64,000 nt of DNA, from NCBI GenBank assembly GCA_951406725.2, contig OX597815.1:132804001-132868000 (forward strand). The letters run 5' to 3'. Numbering within the stretch: position 1 is the first letter of the stretch; the number at the start of each line of letters is the position of its first letter. Made by a program: the position numbers and the translations under genes. This DNA is from Octopus vulgaris (lineage: Eukaryota). Below, piece by piece: positions 1 through 13,037 of this stretch. Below the pieces are notes generated by a model. It was not told where the DNA came from, did not search any database, and saw nothing but the letters and a program-made list of their open reading frames with translations.

Positions 1-36
1 ATATATACCATGTGAATATATCAATCTATCTATGTA

Positions 37-115
<79 letters not shown>

Positions 116-117
<2 letters not shown>

Positions 118-420
118 AGGCGCAATGGCCCAGTAGTTAGGGCAGCGGATTCGTGGTCGTAGGATCGCGGTTTCGATTCCCAGACCGGGCGTTGTGTGTG
201 TTTATTGAGCAAAAATACCTAAAAAGCTCCACGAGGCTCCGACAGGGGGTGGTGATCCCTGCTGTACTCTTTCACCATTCTTTCTCTCACTCTTTCTTCT
301 GTTAGCCTGCTCGCTTAGCTGGCGGGGTGGCGTAATTTGAAGGCTAAAACAATGCGAACGCATTGTGACCAGTGATGTGTTGCAACATCTGATGGTCTGG
401 TCGGTCACGTGATCACGTGA
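116..420 (+). mobile_element. tRNA-derived SINE, family A (head 1 + tail X)
   Basis: A-box TGGCCCAGTAGTTAG and B-box GGTTTCGATTCC. The first ~185 bp match the minus-strand copy at 10085-10275. Ends in a (CACGTGAT) repeat. Confidence 0.8.
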
Positions 421-498
421 TATATATATACACATATACATATATATATGCATATATACATATACATATTTAAACATTCATACACCGCTCGCTCTGTA

Positions 499-540
<42 letters not shown>

Positions 541-887
541 CCCTACACGGACGCCCCCCACACCCAAACACCTACCCACCCCACCGTCACCACACATACC
601 ACTATCTGAGCAACCACACGCTACAAACGAACACACGCTTACAAACGCATACACTCACATACGTCAAAGTAGGTAGCCCCTATTCACACACACACTTACA
701 CATTCATAGACATAGACTCACAAACACGCACATGCACGCGCACATTCATTTGGGATTACCAGCACTATATTGTCTCCCTTTCTGCTTACCTCTTCGTTCA
801 AACATTTTTTCTAATCATTCGCCATGCTTGAGCACGAAACCTACATAATTTTTCTTTCATTCTTTCTCTGTTTATTTTCTCTTATTC

Positions 888-925
888 CTTTCTGCTGAAG
901 AGCATAGGCTCGAAACGTAAGAGAC
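888..925 (+). ncRNA. Variant minimal type I hammerhead-like motif in a PLE-like terminal repeat (family H1)
   Basis: cttt-CTGCTGA-A-GAGC-atag-GCTC-GAAAC-GT-A-agag. The flanks (~850-1010) are homologous to 37830-37995. Confidence 0.5.
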
Positions 926-1014
926 TTTTTAATTTTCCCGAGTGTCAAACTAACGCAACTGGTTGTTGTTCATACACTTGTCTTCGTCTTTTATTTTTCT
1001 GTAAATTTCAACTA

Positions 1015-1098
<84 letters not shown>

Positions 1099-1347
1099 CA
1101 TATGTGTGTTACTCTGTCTTTCTGTCTCGATCGAATAACTCCGTTTACAAGACGCTATGCTTGGAATGACCAGTTATAAATACCATTGGAACTCAAACAC
1201 AGTACAGGAGACTTATATGAATATCATTCTGCTTAAATAACGGAACTGCTGATACAATATCCTTACGTGTCTCCCTTCACTCCTCCACTTCACTCTGTAT
1301 TTCATATCTTCTCCATAATAACTATTGCTTAACCATTTACTCGCACC

Positions 1348-1395
1348 GTCTCTGATGAAGAGATATATAAAATATCCTGGAAACAGCTGTAAGAC
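1348..1395 (+). ncRNA. Type I hammerhead ribozyme motif (family H2)
   Basis: Stem I GTCT/AGAC; core CTGATGA (1352-1358); stem II GATAT/ATATC; GAAAC (1380-1384); palindromic helix III ACAGCTGT; GUA cleavage triplet. Confidence 0.75.
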
Positions 1396-1458
1396 CTTCT
1401 CTTTATAAATGTTCTAAAATCTTTCACAGCCTTGGATTTTTTGTCTCATTCTGGTACT

Positions 1459-1502
1459 TATATATATATATATGTATATATATATATGTATATATATGTA
1501 TA

Positions 1503-1558
<56 letters not shown>

Positions 1559-1715
1559 TGTATATATATATATATGTACATATATATATATATGTATATA
1601 TATATGTATATATATATATATATGTTTATATATGTATATATATATATGTGTATATATATATATATGTGTGTGTGTGTTTATATATATATATGTGTGTATA
1701 TATGTATGTATGTAA

Positions 1716-1765
<50 letters not shown>

Positions 1766-1782
1766 GTATGTATATATATACA
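1459..1782. repeat. (TA)n/(TATG)n microsatellite, representative of dozens of TA, CA, TATG, GATA and CT tracts in the window
   Basis: Directly visible. These tracts produce the YIYIYI and CVCVCV pseudo-ORFs. Confidence 0.98.
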
Positions 1783-1942
1783 TTTCGTTTGGGGATTTGG
1801 TTTGCAAGATTCTTTATGTAAGTTCGTGTGTTGAAGTATATTCTGTTGTCTCTGGAGAGAGTAATTTTTTGTGCCTTATAATTTAACACAGTGTGTTAAA
1901 TTAAAAGGCACAAAATAAAAATGACTCTCTCCAGACAAAACA

Positions 1943-1982
<40 letters not shown>

Positions 1983-2012
1983 GTATATACAGGTACCTAG
2001 ACAGACGGACGG

Positions 2013-2103
<91 letters not shown>

Positions 2104-2525
2104 TAGACATACAGGCAGACAGACACACGTGTGTTTGTGTCAGCGAATAAATAAACTTATTCCATGTTACCTATTTTCGTAACCGTAAGACTTCTAGTTG
2201 AAAGTAGTAGCTCGGCACTATTTAAAACATTATTTCTAGCACATGTCATTTATGCTATTTCATATTGCAGTCAGCAATTAATAGCATTGTGAAAGACTCG
2301 CCAGGTGAGTGTACAATACATTTCGAACATAATATTGATCATTAACTTGTAATATTACAACTTAAAGACCTTTGTGTCCTAAGGCGATTTTTTCTTCATA
2401 TTATCCACTATTATAGAGTTGGCTGATTTAAATAGCGTTGAATCGTTTTCTCTTAGTAAAATGGAACAGTTTAGTATGCACATATATTTATGCACATATA
2501 GTTTAGTATGCACATATATTTATTA

Positions 2526-2746
2526 GGCGGCGAGCTGGCAGAAACGTTAGCACGCCGGGCGAAATGCGTAGCCGTATTTCGTCTGCCGTTACGTTCTGAG
2601 TTCAAATTCGACTTTGCCTTTCATCCTTTCGGGGTCGATAAATTAAGTACCAGTTGCACACTGGGGTCGATGTAATCGACTTAATCCGTTTGTCTGTCCT
2701 TGTTTCTCCCCTCTACGTTTAGCCCCTTGTGGGCAGTAAAGAAATA
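2526..2746 (+). mobile_element. SINE family B (central domain resembles the Meta/MESC type)
   Basis: Head GGCGGCGAGCTGGCAGAAACGTTAGC, B-box-like GAGTTCAAATTC, central GCCTTTCATCCTTTCGGGGTCGATAAATTAAGTACCAG. More than 10 copies in the window. Confidence 0.85.
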
Positions 2747-3059
2747 TATATTTATGGGACCTGAATTTTTCAAAATGATTCATCAATAACACAGCATTAT
2801 GATAATGAGTCGTTGTATCTCGATGGATCACATACGTGTGTTGGAGATTACTATTTGAGTTCGCAGGCAACATGGGTTGGATTTGATATTCAAGTTCCAT
2901 TTTCATTTTAAATTTTACCAGTGAAATATTGTTGTTATTTTCTATTCAATCATAAATCATATGAGAGACTAAATCAACATATAATTTACTATGATCCCTT
3001 CGTTGTTTTGGATATATAAGATACTTATATCAGCCATGACTCAAAGGATATTTGAGATA

Positions 3060-3342
3060 CTTAAGTCTGTCATAAATCGTACTAGGACTCATAGAGCACG
3101 AGCTTAATCTGGTTTCCATAGCATATAAGTGAATGAAGTTATAGCACTCCCCTCTAAACTGGACGCCGGTCCACCACAGGGTTAACTTCTCAAATATTGC
3201 TAGAACTCATCTATGCCTTGGTGGTCTGAATCAATGTGTAATGAAGCATTTTTTGCTCAACAACACAATGCCTAAACAAGTTCGAAACCCTAACCTTACG
3301 ATCGTGATTTCAAAACACTAATTATTATGCGAAGCACCTTCA
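3060..3342 (-). mobile_element. Old SINE, family A head 2 + tail W
   Basis: Reverse strand shows a tRNA-like head (CACGATCGTAAGG...GTTTCGAAC), a CORE-like TGTTGAGCAA block, and a distinct tail (..CCTGTGGTGGACCGGCGTCC..ATGCTATGGAAACCAGATTAAGCTC). Confidence 0.55.
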
Positions 3343-3364
3343 CATTATTTTGGATATCTAAAAA

Positions 3365-3645
3365 GGCGAGCTGACAAAACGAAAACGTTAGCACGCCGGG
3401 TGAAATGCTTAGCGGTATTTCATACGTCTTAGCACGCCGGGCGAAACGCCTAGCGGTATTTCGTCTGTCGCTACGTTCTGAGTTCAAATTCCGCCGAGGT
3501 CGACTTTGCCTTTCATCCTTTCGGGGTCGATTATATAAGTACCAGTTATGCACTGGGGTCGATATAGTCGACTTAATCCGTTTGTCTGTCCTCTCTGTGT
3601 TTAGCCCCTTGTGGGTAGTAAAGAAATAGATATTTCATACGTCTG
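3365..3645 (+). mobile_element. SINE family B copy with an internal duplication of the head segment
   Basis: Same motifs as 2526-2746; TTAGCACGCCGGG...GCGGTATTTC occurs twice. Confidence 0.85.
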
Positions 3646-4061
3646 TTATTGAAAATTTATTGTTGGAGTGTGTTCGTAAGTTTCTGTTAATTGTTATATC
3701 TCTTGTTATGCCTATTGTTGGACTTATTCTTTAAAAATCGTGCTATAGTTTTCTTTCGAAAGCTATCTGTGGTTTTCTCCTGTGGGGGAAAACATTAATT
3801 GCCGGCAAGACGCCGAAAAGTGTGTATTCGTCGAGTGATGAATCATCGACTGAGCGAGAATCAAAGAAAATAGAAAGTTTAATTTTTGATAACATTTCTG
3901 ATGTGTCGGAAAGTGAATTCCCGGCATTACCAAAAGTTACGAATACCAACAGATATATATAAGAAAGTACCATCCAAAATGAAGAAAGGAAAAGTTTTGC
4001 GTCAGCAGCTGGTAGTGGAACGCGGCAGCTGACAAAAAAAGATTTACTAAAATACAAAGAA

Positions 4062-4849
4062 ATGATAACAGAACGAAATGGAGTAATAAAAGTGGAAATA
4101 CCAGAAGAATTAACGAAGGAAAAAAGGAAAATTATTATTTTTAAGACATTCTGCTTAAAAGCTCGAAAAATTGATAAGATATATGAGCAAAAAATTGAAA
4201 AATGTCTAAAACCAATCTGGCAGGAAATTACATATCTAGCCAGGGGGAAGAAGTTTGGAACCATCGTGATGAGGTTCAAGAACGCAGAAACGGCACAAAA
4301 ACACTCTGTAAAATCTTTAGAGTTGGAAGACAAAATTTTAATCCCAATTTACATGGGAATGAAAACATCAAAGGTGAGAATACCAAGAATTCCACCCGGA
4401 GTAAACCCTATGTGCTTGATAGCGGCAGTCCTAGCAAACAGGGAAGAAAATATTGACCTCCTGCAGGCTACCGTCACGGAGAATACCTATTGGACTGGTC
4501 AAACGCTTAACCTCATACTGCAGGCTGACCAAAAATTTTACAACAGCTCCCAGAAATCGGGGAAGTAGGGGATGAAGTTCTAAATATTTTTGTTGAGGGG
4601 CGTAAGCCCCGATGTTTCCAGTGTGGCCAAATGGGTCACATTAAAAAATATTGTAAAGAAGGTGTAGAAGAATCAGACGGTGAGGAGGAAGAAAGAGAGA
4701 GAGAAACTGAAGGAAAAATAAGCAACAAAAGGAAAATGGAAGGCTCGAAGCAGCAAAAGCAGAGCGAGCCGAGAAAAGGTGGAGAGTTCCTCTCCACAAA
4801 ACGCCCTGATCTTAAAGGTAAGTCACGTCTATTCACATTGGTTGAATAA
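4062..4849 (+). pseudogene. Tx1-like ORF1 remnant (frameshift near 4560)
   Basis: ORF 4062-4568 continues in a shifted frame as DEVLNIFVEGRKPRCFQCGQMGHIKKYC, followed by an acidic/basic tail. Confidence 0.8.
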
Positions 4850-7440
4850 ATGTTCATGATCTGATGTCGAGTTGGAAGCAAGGGTGCTTCCTAAATAACA
4901 TCAGGTCGAGAAATTGGGATGTAATTGTTGCAACGGAAACCCGGGTGAAGAGGCCAAGAGATCTACTCCCCCTCCTGAACGACTACGAGAAATACGTTTC
5001 TCCGAGTCGAGCGGGAGGTGGGGATCTGGTGTTGGTCCTACTAAAAAGAAACTGGGTAGCCGAGAAAAAGTTGTTTTTTCTGACCCAGAATGCAGGTTGG
5101 TCGTTCTTGACCTGACATTCAGTTGTGGCAAGGTAATCAGGCTAGTCGCTATTTATGCACCCAACATTATGGGCCCGTAAAGTTAATATTTTCGTGACCT
5201 GGGCAAGTTCCTAGCCACCTCGCATTCGCTAGTATTGCTAGGAGACTTTAACACAATATGTGAAGCACACATAGATTGTGTTGGCTCGAACATAAAATGT
5301 AACCCAGGCTTATGGGATCTGCTAAGTCAATTTCAGCTAGAAGATCCATATAGGTTGGAACACCCGAACACTCCACAGTGGACGTGATAAAATAGTGACG
5401 GGTCCTCCAGAACATATCTAGATAGGATTTTAATTAGAGAAACAGATAATTCCATAGCCGAGTGTCCACAGTTTTTTCTAGTCAGTTACAGTGACCACAA
5501 GAAGGTTAGCTGTAAACTGACGATAGATAAGTTGCATAGTCGGGAATCTGGCTACTGGAAACACAATACGTCCCTTTTGGCGATTGAGGAGTACAGAAAG
5601 CGGATCAAGATGTTAATACAGAGGGGATTAACAGGTACCATCATTAATAACAAATGGTGGTACGCCCTAAAAAGAGCCATCAAATATAAGTCTATTAGGT
5701 TTAGCATAAGTTTAGCTAAGAAGGGACGTAGAATAGGAGATGGTCTAGTTAAGGAACTAGAAGAAGCCTGGAGGACTGGTAATGCGGACCAAGCAAGGGT
5801 GAAAAGACTGGAGTTAAACCAGCATCTTGAAGCCCAACACATGGGAAGTATTGCCAGAGCTAAGTTACGTGCAATGGGAAGTGAAGGAATCAAGGCCGCT
5901 GGATGGGCCCGAGTGGTGGAAGCTCGGCAAGGAAATAGTTCCACTATTCGGTTTTTGACGAATCAAAATAGTGTCTTGGTAAACGAACCCGAGAAAATGT
6001 GTGAGGCCTTTCGGGAGTACTTTGCCCAGCTGTTCGGGGGCGACGGCGATCCTGGTGGTGGGAGAGACCTCGAGGACTTTCTTGCCAGGCTGCCGTGTCT
6101 CTCGGGGTGGGATGCGGAGTCTTACGAAGGGCCAATCACGCCTGTGGAGGTGATGGAGGCTTTGGCCGACTGTAAAGCGGATAAGTCGCCGGGACTTGAT
6201 GGTCTTCTGTACGAGCTGTATAAATGTATGCCAGACTTGTTCGAACAACCACTGGCTGACGTGTACGCGAACTGACAACAGAATGGGTTTATCCCCAGAT
6301 CTGTGCGCCGAGGAGTAGTGACTTTGGTCAGAAAGTACCCGGACAAGGGGGACGTTTAAGATAATTTCAAACCCATCACTCTGTTAAACGCAGAAGTGAA
6401 GATTTTGGCCAAGGTTTTAGCAAAAAAGTTGGCGCGTGTCGCGAATGGTATAGTCGGGAGGCACAGACATATGCCATCCCACGCAGAACCATTCAAGATA
6501 ATCTCCATCTTATTCGCTATACCATAGAGAGGGTTGGTGATAACTCTGGCAAAGGTGGGGCATTGGTGCATTTAGACTAATCTAAAGCTTTTGATTGGGT
6601 CGACCATCGATACCTGGCGACTGTGCTTGCGCGGTTCGGCCTGGGCCTTGGCTTTCTCAGGTGGTTTATCGCTTTGTACCACAACATTGACTCGATAGTT
6701 TGGGTGAACGGTTTCCTTTCGAAACCGTTCTGCATCAGACGCTCGGTTCGTCAAGGATGTCCGCTCTCACCACTTTTGTATGTGATGGCTCTCGAGCCCC
6801 TACTGCGAAGGTTGAGTGGCATCCCTAGAAAACCTAGTCTAGAGGAGTTTGTTACAGCTTACGCGGATGATATCACTATCAGCGTAACCTCAGTAGCACG
6901 CCTACGTGAAGTGGGTAAGACTATTGAGGCTTACGAAGAGGACGCAGGAGCAAAGATTAACCGGGAAGAGTCTGTCGGTTTGCAGCTCGGCACCTGGGTT
7001 GGCAAGTAGATGCCTTCAGACAGCGTTGTTGGGCACTGGATGGAGAGACCGGTTAAATTGCTGGGAGTTTGGTTTGGACCAGGCCTCCAGATAGAGAAGA
7101 ACTGGACGGAGGTATTGAGCAGGGTGGCTGCAGTAGTCAAGACCTGGTCTTGACGGTGGCTATACCTGAAGGAGAGGGCGCAGGTGGCCAATGTGTTTAT
7201 CGCATCGGTCATTACCTACCGCCTGACCGTGGTGCCCTGTCCGGATTCGTGGTTGATCAGTTTGGAGAGACAGCTCTTTCGCTTTTAGTGGAAGGGCAGG
7301 TCGCCACTTGTGAAACGCTTTAAAGGGAGGTTTAGGGATGCCTTAGTTAATGTTCGCAGACATGCGCTGAGGTTGAGGCACCTCGGATTCTCCTGGATAG
7401 TGAACGGGTGTGGTCTCCGCTGGCTAGACCAATGTTCCCC
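4850..7440 (+). pseudogene. Tx1-like ORF2 remnant (AP endonuclease + reverse transcriptase)
   Basis: Pieces in ORFs 4864-5115, 4914-5180, 5532-6275 and 6623-7009 carry the motifs listed above. Confidence 0.9.
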
Positions 7441-7602
7441 GAATCGTTAGCACCCCGGGCGAAATTCTTAGCGATATTTCGTCTGTTGCTACGTTCTGAT
7501 TTCAATTTTACCTTTAATCCTTTCGGGGCCGATTAAATCGGGGATATGTAATCGACTTCCTCCTTCCCCGAAACTCCAGTACTTGTGCCTACAGTAGAAA
7601 GG
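7441..7602 (+). mobile_element. SINE family B copy (tail 2)
   Basis: GAATCGTTAGCACC..GGGCGAAAT..CCTTTCGGGG..; ends CTTGTGCCTACAGTAGAAAGG. Confidence 0.75.
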
Positions 7603-9270
7603 ATTATTATTATGTTTGTTGTCGTTGATGAAGTTGTTGTTGATGCTGTTCATGTTGTTGTTGTTGTTATTATTAATGTTGCAGTTTTCCAGTCGTTTTG
7701 TTGTTTTCCAGTCGTCCTGCTCTGATTGGGTAGACCACTGATGAAATGTCTTTTCGTTACACATATTGCGTGTTTTTATGTGGCGTGCGCGTGTGTGCGT
7801 GGGAGCGCATGTGTGGTATAGTGTGATGTGGCGTGTGTGTTTAAAAATCGGTTATATGTAGCACAAGCAGTATTTGATTAAAACAGCAATCTGTGTATCA
7901 TACGTAATACAGATGCATCGCAAAAATGCAAATTGACGGCGGTGTTCGTCCAGAAATAATATCTCATGGACGCGTTGTGTTTCAAAACACAAATTATTTC
8001 GTTGGTACAAGGAAATCCTCCACCAGCGGTAGAGGAGAACAAGTATATATAGTTAGAAGATATGTGTGAGCGTGTGTGTGTGCATGTATATAGTATATGA
8101 ATACACGCGACGTGCTTCAACGGAGTTCCTATCTACCATATAGACATGAGCTATAGTAGAAGACAGTTGATCAAGGGGAAACGCAGTGGAACTAAACCCG
8201 AAATTATGTGATTTCAAAAGGAGGTTCTCAACGATACAACTATGCTTGTGTATGAAACAAACAAAAACAAAATATATAGAAATATCGATATTCCAAAGCG
8301 AATCTATCGCTTCACTTCTCTTCTGTATAACCAACTTGTTAGAACAGGTTGAAATCGGATACAATGTTATAGGACAGAAAATGAAGCATCTTTTGTATAT
8401 GGATATAGTACGAACCAGTTGATGAATAGCTAGATGCACAGTTGTAGACATTACAGCGATTATCAAGAGGTATGAGATTTTGTTAAGAATATATGCGTAA
8501 TGTCAACGATGAGGAAATGTAAATTAATTCACAACATGAATAATATCAAGATTGAATTAGTAACAGAGATAATGAGAGACTGACCAAACGTAGACTTATA
8601 AATATTTAGGAATCAATAAACCAGAATACTATTCACAGGCGAATTAAAGAGATATTTAAAACAAGAACAGATCATAGGCAACGTTATTATGGTTCTCCTC
8701 GTTACAAGTAAGAGATATATTCTCAAATGTACACGGAATGAGCGAGCAAGACTAGACAGAATAAATAATAAGAAGATTAATGAAAGCGTTAAGAGTACAC
8801 GTCACCTCGAAATTTTACTCGGAAAGATATTTCCCACGGAAACAGGAGTTAGAGGCTTCATGAAATTAGTAGATTTGTTTTTCTAGAGAAGCTGAAGAAC
8901 TACAAAACTATCTAGTTAATATTCATGGAAAACTAATTCAAATAATAATAAAACCGGAACAAAAATAATAATAAAATAATTTTGTCATCATCCGATGACA
9001 ACAAATACAAACCAGAAGCGAAGACGACAGGCAGTTTTGAAAGGAGAAAGTGAAACAACAGAAATCGTGTAACAGCAAACTACTAAGAAATAATTAGACT
9101 GCAAAATGCAATGACAAAGCGATGGAAGGAAGTATCTTGGAAATGAATTACAACTTGCAAACAGGTGTATGTTGTTACACATGCAAGCAAAGATTAAACC
9201 CACTGTGTGCTCTGAAGCCAACACAATATGCAAGAGATAGTACAACTATACTGCTACGTATTTAAGTGAT

Positions 9271-9590
9271 GCTCCATCGATTACGACGATGAATGTTCCT
9301 GCTGAACCGAGCAACGGAACAGCCTGCTCATGGAATTAGCGTGCAAGTGACTTAGCACTCCACAGACCAGGCGTAAATCTAACTTAGTTCTGAGGGAACT
9401 TCAGCGTGACACAGAATGTGATAAGGTTGGTCCTATGAAATACATGTATGACACATTTTTACTGGTTGAGTGGACTGGAGCAACGTAAAATAAAATGTCT
9501 GGTTCAAGGAAAAAACGTGCTGCCGGGAATCGAATTTGTGACCCTACAATCGTGAGTTGAATACTTTAACCACTTAACCATGCGCCTTCA
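9271..9590 (-). mobile_element. SINE family A, head 2 (CORE-type) + tail Y
   Basis: Homologous to 36662-36945, 38663-38979 and 59754-60074; CORE-like ..TTTTACGTTGCTCCAGTCCACTC. Confidence 0.75.
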
Positions 9591-9890
9591 ACCTCCACAT
9601 CTATTACTTTGAGTAGTCTCAATGCAGTAAAAATGCCAAACTAGTAAATAGCAAAGCTCCTACCCATAGTGCATAGAATTGATTCAGCAGTGCGGTGAGG
9701 ATATTTAATAAAATGGCCAGTGCCTTAACAAAATGGTAATGGTCAACATCAGGCAAGAATGACCATTGACTCTCAAACGCAGGAATCAAAGCTGAGATTT
9801 AAGATTGTTGATTGTGCCACAAGATTAAAAACTTCCAACTAGAAAACACTCTAATCCTATAATGATGTTGAATATATTAAGTGCAAGACA

Positions 9891-10275
9891 CGGAAGCACT
9901 CCGTCGGTTACGACGACGAGGCTTCCGGTTGATCCGAATCAACGGAACAGCCTGCTCGTGAAATTAACGTGTAAGTGTCTGAGCACTCCACAGACACGTG
10001 TACCCTTAACGTAGTTCTCGGGGATATTTAGCGTGACACAGAGAGTGACAAGGCCGGCCCTTTGAAATACAGGTACAACAGAAACAGGAAGTAAGAGTGA
10101 GAGAGAGTTGTGGTGAAAGAGTACAGCAGGGATCACCACCATCCCCTGCCGGAGCCTCGTGGAGCTTTAGGTGTTTTCGCTCAATAAACACTCACAACGC
10201 CCGGTCTGGGAATCGAAACCGCGATCCTATGACCGCGAGTCCGCTGCCCTAACCACTGGGCCATTGCACCTCCAC
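9891..10275 (-). mobile_element. Full-length SINE family A, head 1 + tail Y, with 12-bp TSD
   Basis: TSD AAGTGCAAGACA at 9879-9890 and 10276-10287; intact A and B boxes on the minus strand. Confidence 0.9.
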
Positions 10276-13002
10276 AAGTGCAAGACATATGGAGTTTGGG
10301 AAAATAACAGTTAGATATATCTCACTTTCCCTGTCCAGTCTGACCCAGTTAAAAGTATATCAAACAGCAAGATAGACGAAGACTTTCATACGGTGGAAGT
10401 TAGCCAGCATAATGAGATACCATCAAAATTGAGACGATAGAAGCATACAATAGAAAAGAATGAAGAAGTGGCCAATCATCACAAGAAATTATAATTATTG
10501 GTGATCTAAAGGGTTTTGTTATCACGAAAGAAAATATCAAGCACATGAAGCAACTGTGTATCTGCAAAGGAATTGGAGGAAATTATCAAAATTTAAATAA
10601 CCGGGAAATACTCACGACTAGAATGAGCTGCATGAAAATAGAAACAGTTTTTGAATAAATGTTTTTGAAATTATTAATAACATGAAGATATAATCACAAG
10701 CCAAAATCTATGATGTATAGCAAGACACAACATGCAGAAGGTAGTGCAACGGCTTTGACCACATATGTTACAGATCTTAATATATATCTCAATGCAACTG
10801 AATATATAAAACTAGAGTAAAACAAGGTCCAGCCCAAGGTGCAGAGATCGCCATTCGAAAGCGCAGCGTATTTAATAAAATTAAAATTACGGAAAAATAA
10901 CAATAGTGATAACATGAAAATCCGAAAATATAATTAGAAATTGATCCGATATTAAAAACTGAGCTCGCTATTATAAATACAGTGAGTGAATATAACGGCG
11001 ATCTCATTTATTGGAGATAGGGATGACCATCGATGTGATACAAGTAGAATATATCTATCTTGTGGATGGGGAGAGAGTGGTCTGAAACAAACGGAAAACT
11101 ATCCCCCAAAATCAAGTGGGACTAGATATAATTTTGGATGAAAGTAAAGCGAAACTGCCGGTTGGAGTAAGGGAACATCTATGAAGCAAAAGTGTTTCGA
11201 TCTTTATAGGATTTTGATATATAACAAACGGGAAAATATTTGCACTGCAAAAATATAAACATTTTGGGTAAGGGTAAAACAACAAAGAAAGTTCAAAATC
11301 AACAAACGAAAGGCAAAACGGTATTTCATAATAGAGTGAAGAGAAAGCATAGAAAAGAACTACATCAACATAGTTAATATTGTGCATGAATAGACAGAGA
11401 AGAAAAAAAAACAAAATGAATGTCAACAAAGGCAAAAATGCTTTCGATTAAACGAGAAACAAAAGGCGTGTTTTTAACTGCGTAGTTCCAACGCTTGGTT
11501 ACGAATAATTACAGATATAAAATAATCTTTTCTACTCTAAGCACAAGGCCCGAAATTTGGTGGGGAGGGGCAAGTCGACTAGGTCGACCCCAGTACGTGC
11601 TAACCGGCGTGCAAACGTTTCTGCCAGCTCGTCGCCTTACAAAAGGAAAAATGATATAAACATCAAGGTCAGGTTATGCAATGGTACAATGAATGTGTAT
11701 ATGGCTGCTCAGTCACTACCAATCGAATTACATTTATAAAAAGTTTAGAGGTTATGTCCCCTGGATAAGATTCACACTTCAATATAAAAACTGGAAAGGT
11801 ATAGGTGGAATCATATTACACGCTATATGTCAACAACTTGACCACAAACATCTGTGACATCTCTATCAATATTGATGGGAAATTCAAGACAATACTTCGA
11901 GTTGTAATTATCAGAGAATGGAACAAAATTATCAGTACACTGATAGATATCGTGATCCAAAACATTTCCTGAATAAAATTAAGAAACTGGCGAAGTTTGA
12001 GTGTTTTGAAACTGAAATACACCGTATGTGATATATGAAAACTGTGCAAATACTAATGTTTGATAAATATAAGTTTAAACAAAGATATACCATGCCAATG
12101 ATCATGACATCTCGTAGTGTCTTTCAGCCAGCACGTCATGTCTTGCTGGGTATACAGTGTAAGCTGGACACATCCAGTTCAAAAGCACAGCTCTAATAAT
12201 ACACCTTCCGCAGGCAACACATGTACTACTGACAACCAAGACAGTAGCACAACCCACACAGCACATACAGAATCACCACCAATGAAAAATAACAGAACAC
12301 AAACTACAGAGACAACATCCGCTAGGAAAGATTTACTTAATATACCCGACATTAAAGCACCAGCAACTCGTACAACTCACAATATAAACAAATCCAACTC
12401 TTGAAATATCACAAACAACTTTGCGCATGAGTTACCTAGTCACTGGTGGTTAAGCTTGTATAAAACATAGCGTCAATCGCACAACACAGATACCGCCTTT
12501 CAAATTATTAAAACTTACATTACACACAATCTGCACAAAACAAGAAACACTAAAATGACACAGGTAACAACTCAAACAAACTCCACCTTAAAAAGAAATC
12601 TGAGTGAGTTTGAAAGAGCATTTCGGTATCTTGGAAAAGTAATGGATGTACACACATCAGTGTAGTAGATATTCACATAAAACTTTTAGGATACATGACG
12701 GTAGATTGTAATAATATCAGTATGCAAGAATGTAACAGTAAAGTTGTAAATAGCTTTGCATATCCAAATGTAAATTCTTTGAGAAAAAGATAAGTGAATC
12801 TAAGGAAACTTCATCCAAGTTCGAAAATTATAATGCGAAAATTGCATAGAATTTTAGCATAAAAACACGCATACATACACACACACATACACACATCTGC
12901 TCAGACGTACATACACATGAGTATACACGTTTGAGTGCATATAGTGTCTATATATATACATACATATATACATCAATATATGTATGTATGTGTATATCTA
13001 TG

Positions 13003-13037
<35 letters not shown>

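Larger units (their letters stand above)
3646..7440 (+). mobile_element. Disrupted Tx1/L1-clade non-LTR retrotransposon (ORF1 gag-like, ORF2 APE-RT), 3'-truncated
   Basis: ORF1 has a CCHC knuckle CFQCGQMGHIKKYC (4613-4654). ORF2 has APE motifs (VIVATETR, IYAPN, LLGDFN, YLDRI, SDH) and RT motifs (KSPGLDG, PITLLNAEVKILAK, KAFD, SVRQGCPLSPLLY, AYADD). Many stops and frameshifts. Confidence 0.92.
8150..12050 (+). mobile_element. Highly decayed R4/Dong-type LINE interrupted by SINEs
   Basis: ORF 8186-8422 reads IFQSESIASLLFC...KHLLYMD, close to the R4-type RT motif IFQGDSLSPLLFC...HLLYMDD. A LKRETKG..TNNYR-like segment lies near 11450-11515. Continuity between the pieces is inferred. Confidence 0.5.

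Noticed and set aside
116-190. tRNA gene
   Set aside because: A and B boxes are present, but there is no proper cloverleaf or acceptor stem, and the sequence continues into a multicopy SINE body.
1424-1889. [18 protein letters not shown] and MYVC ORFs here and throughout the window
   Set aside because: Translations of di- and tetranucleotide microsatellites that lack stop codons.
3743-4333. 196-aa minus-strand ORF
   Set aside because: Antisense shadow of the Tx1 ORF1.
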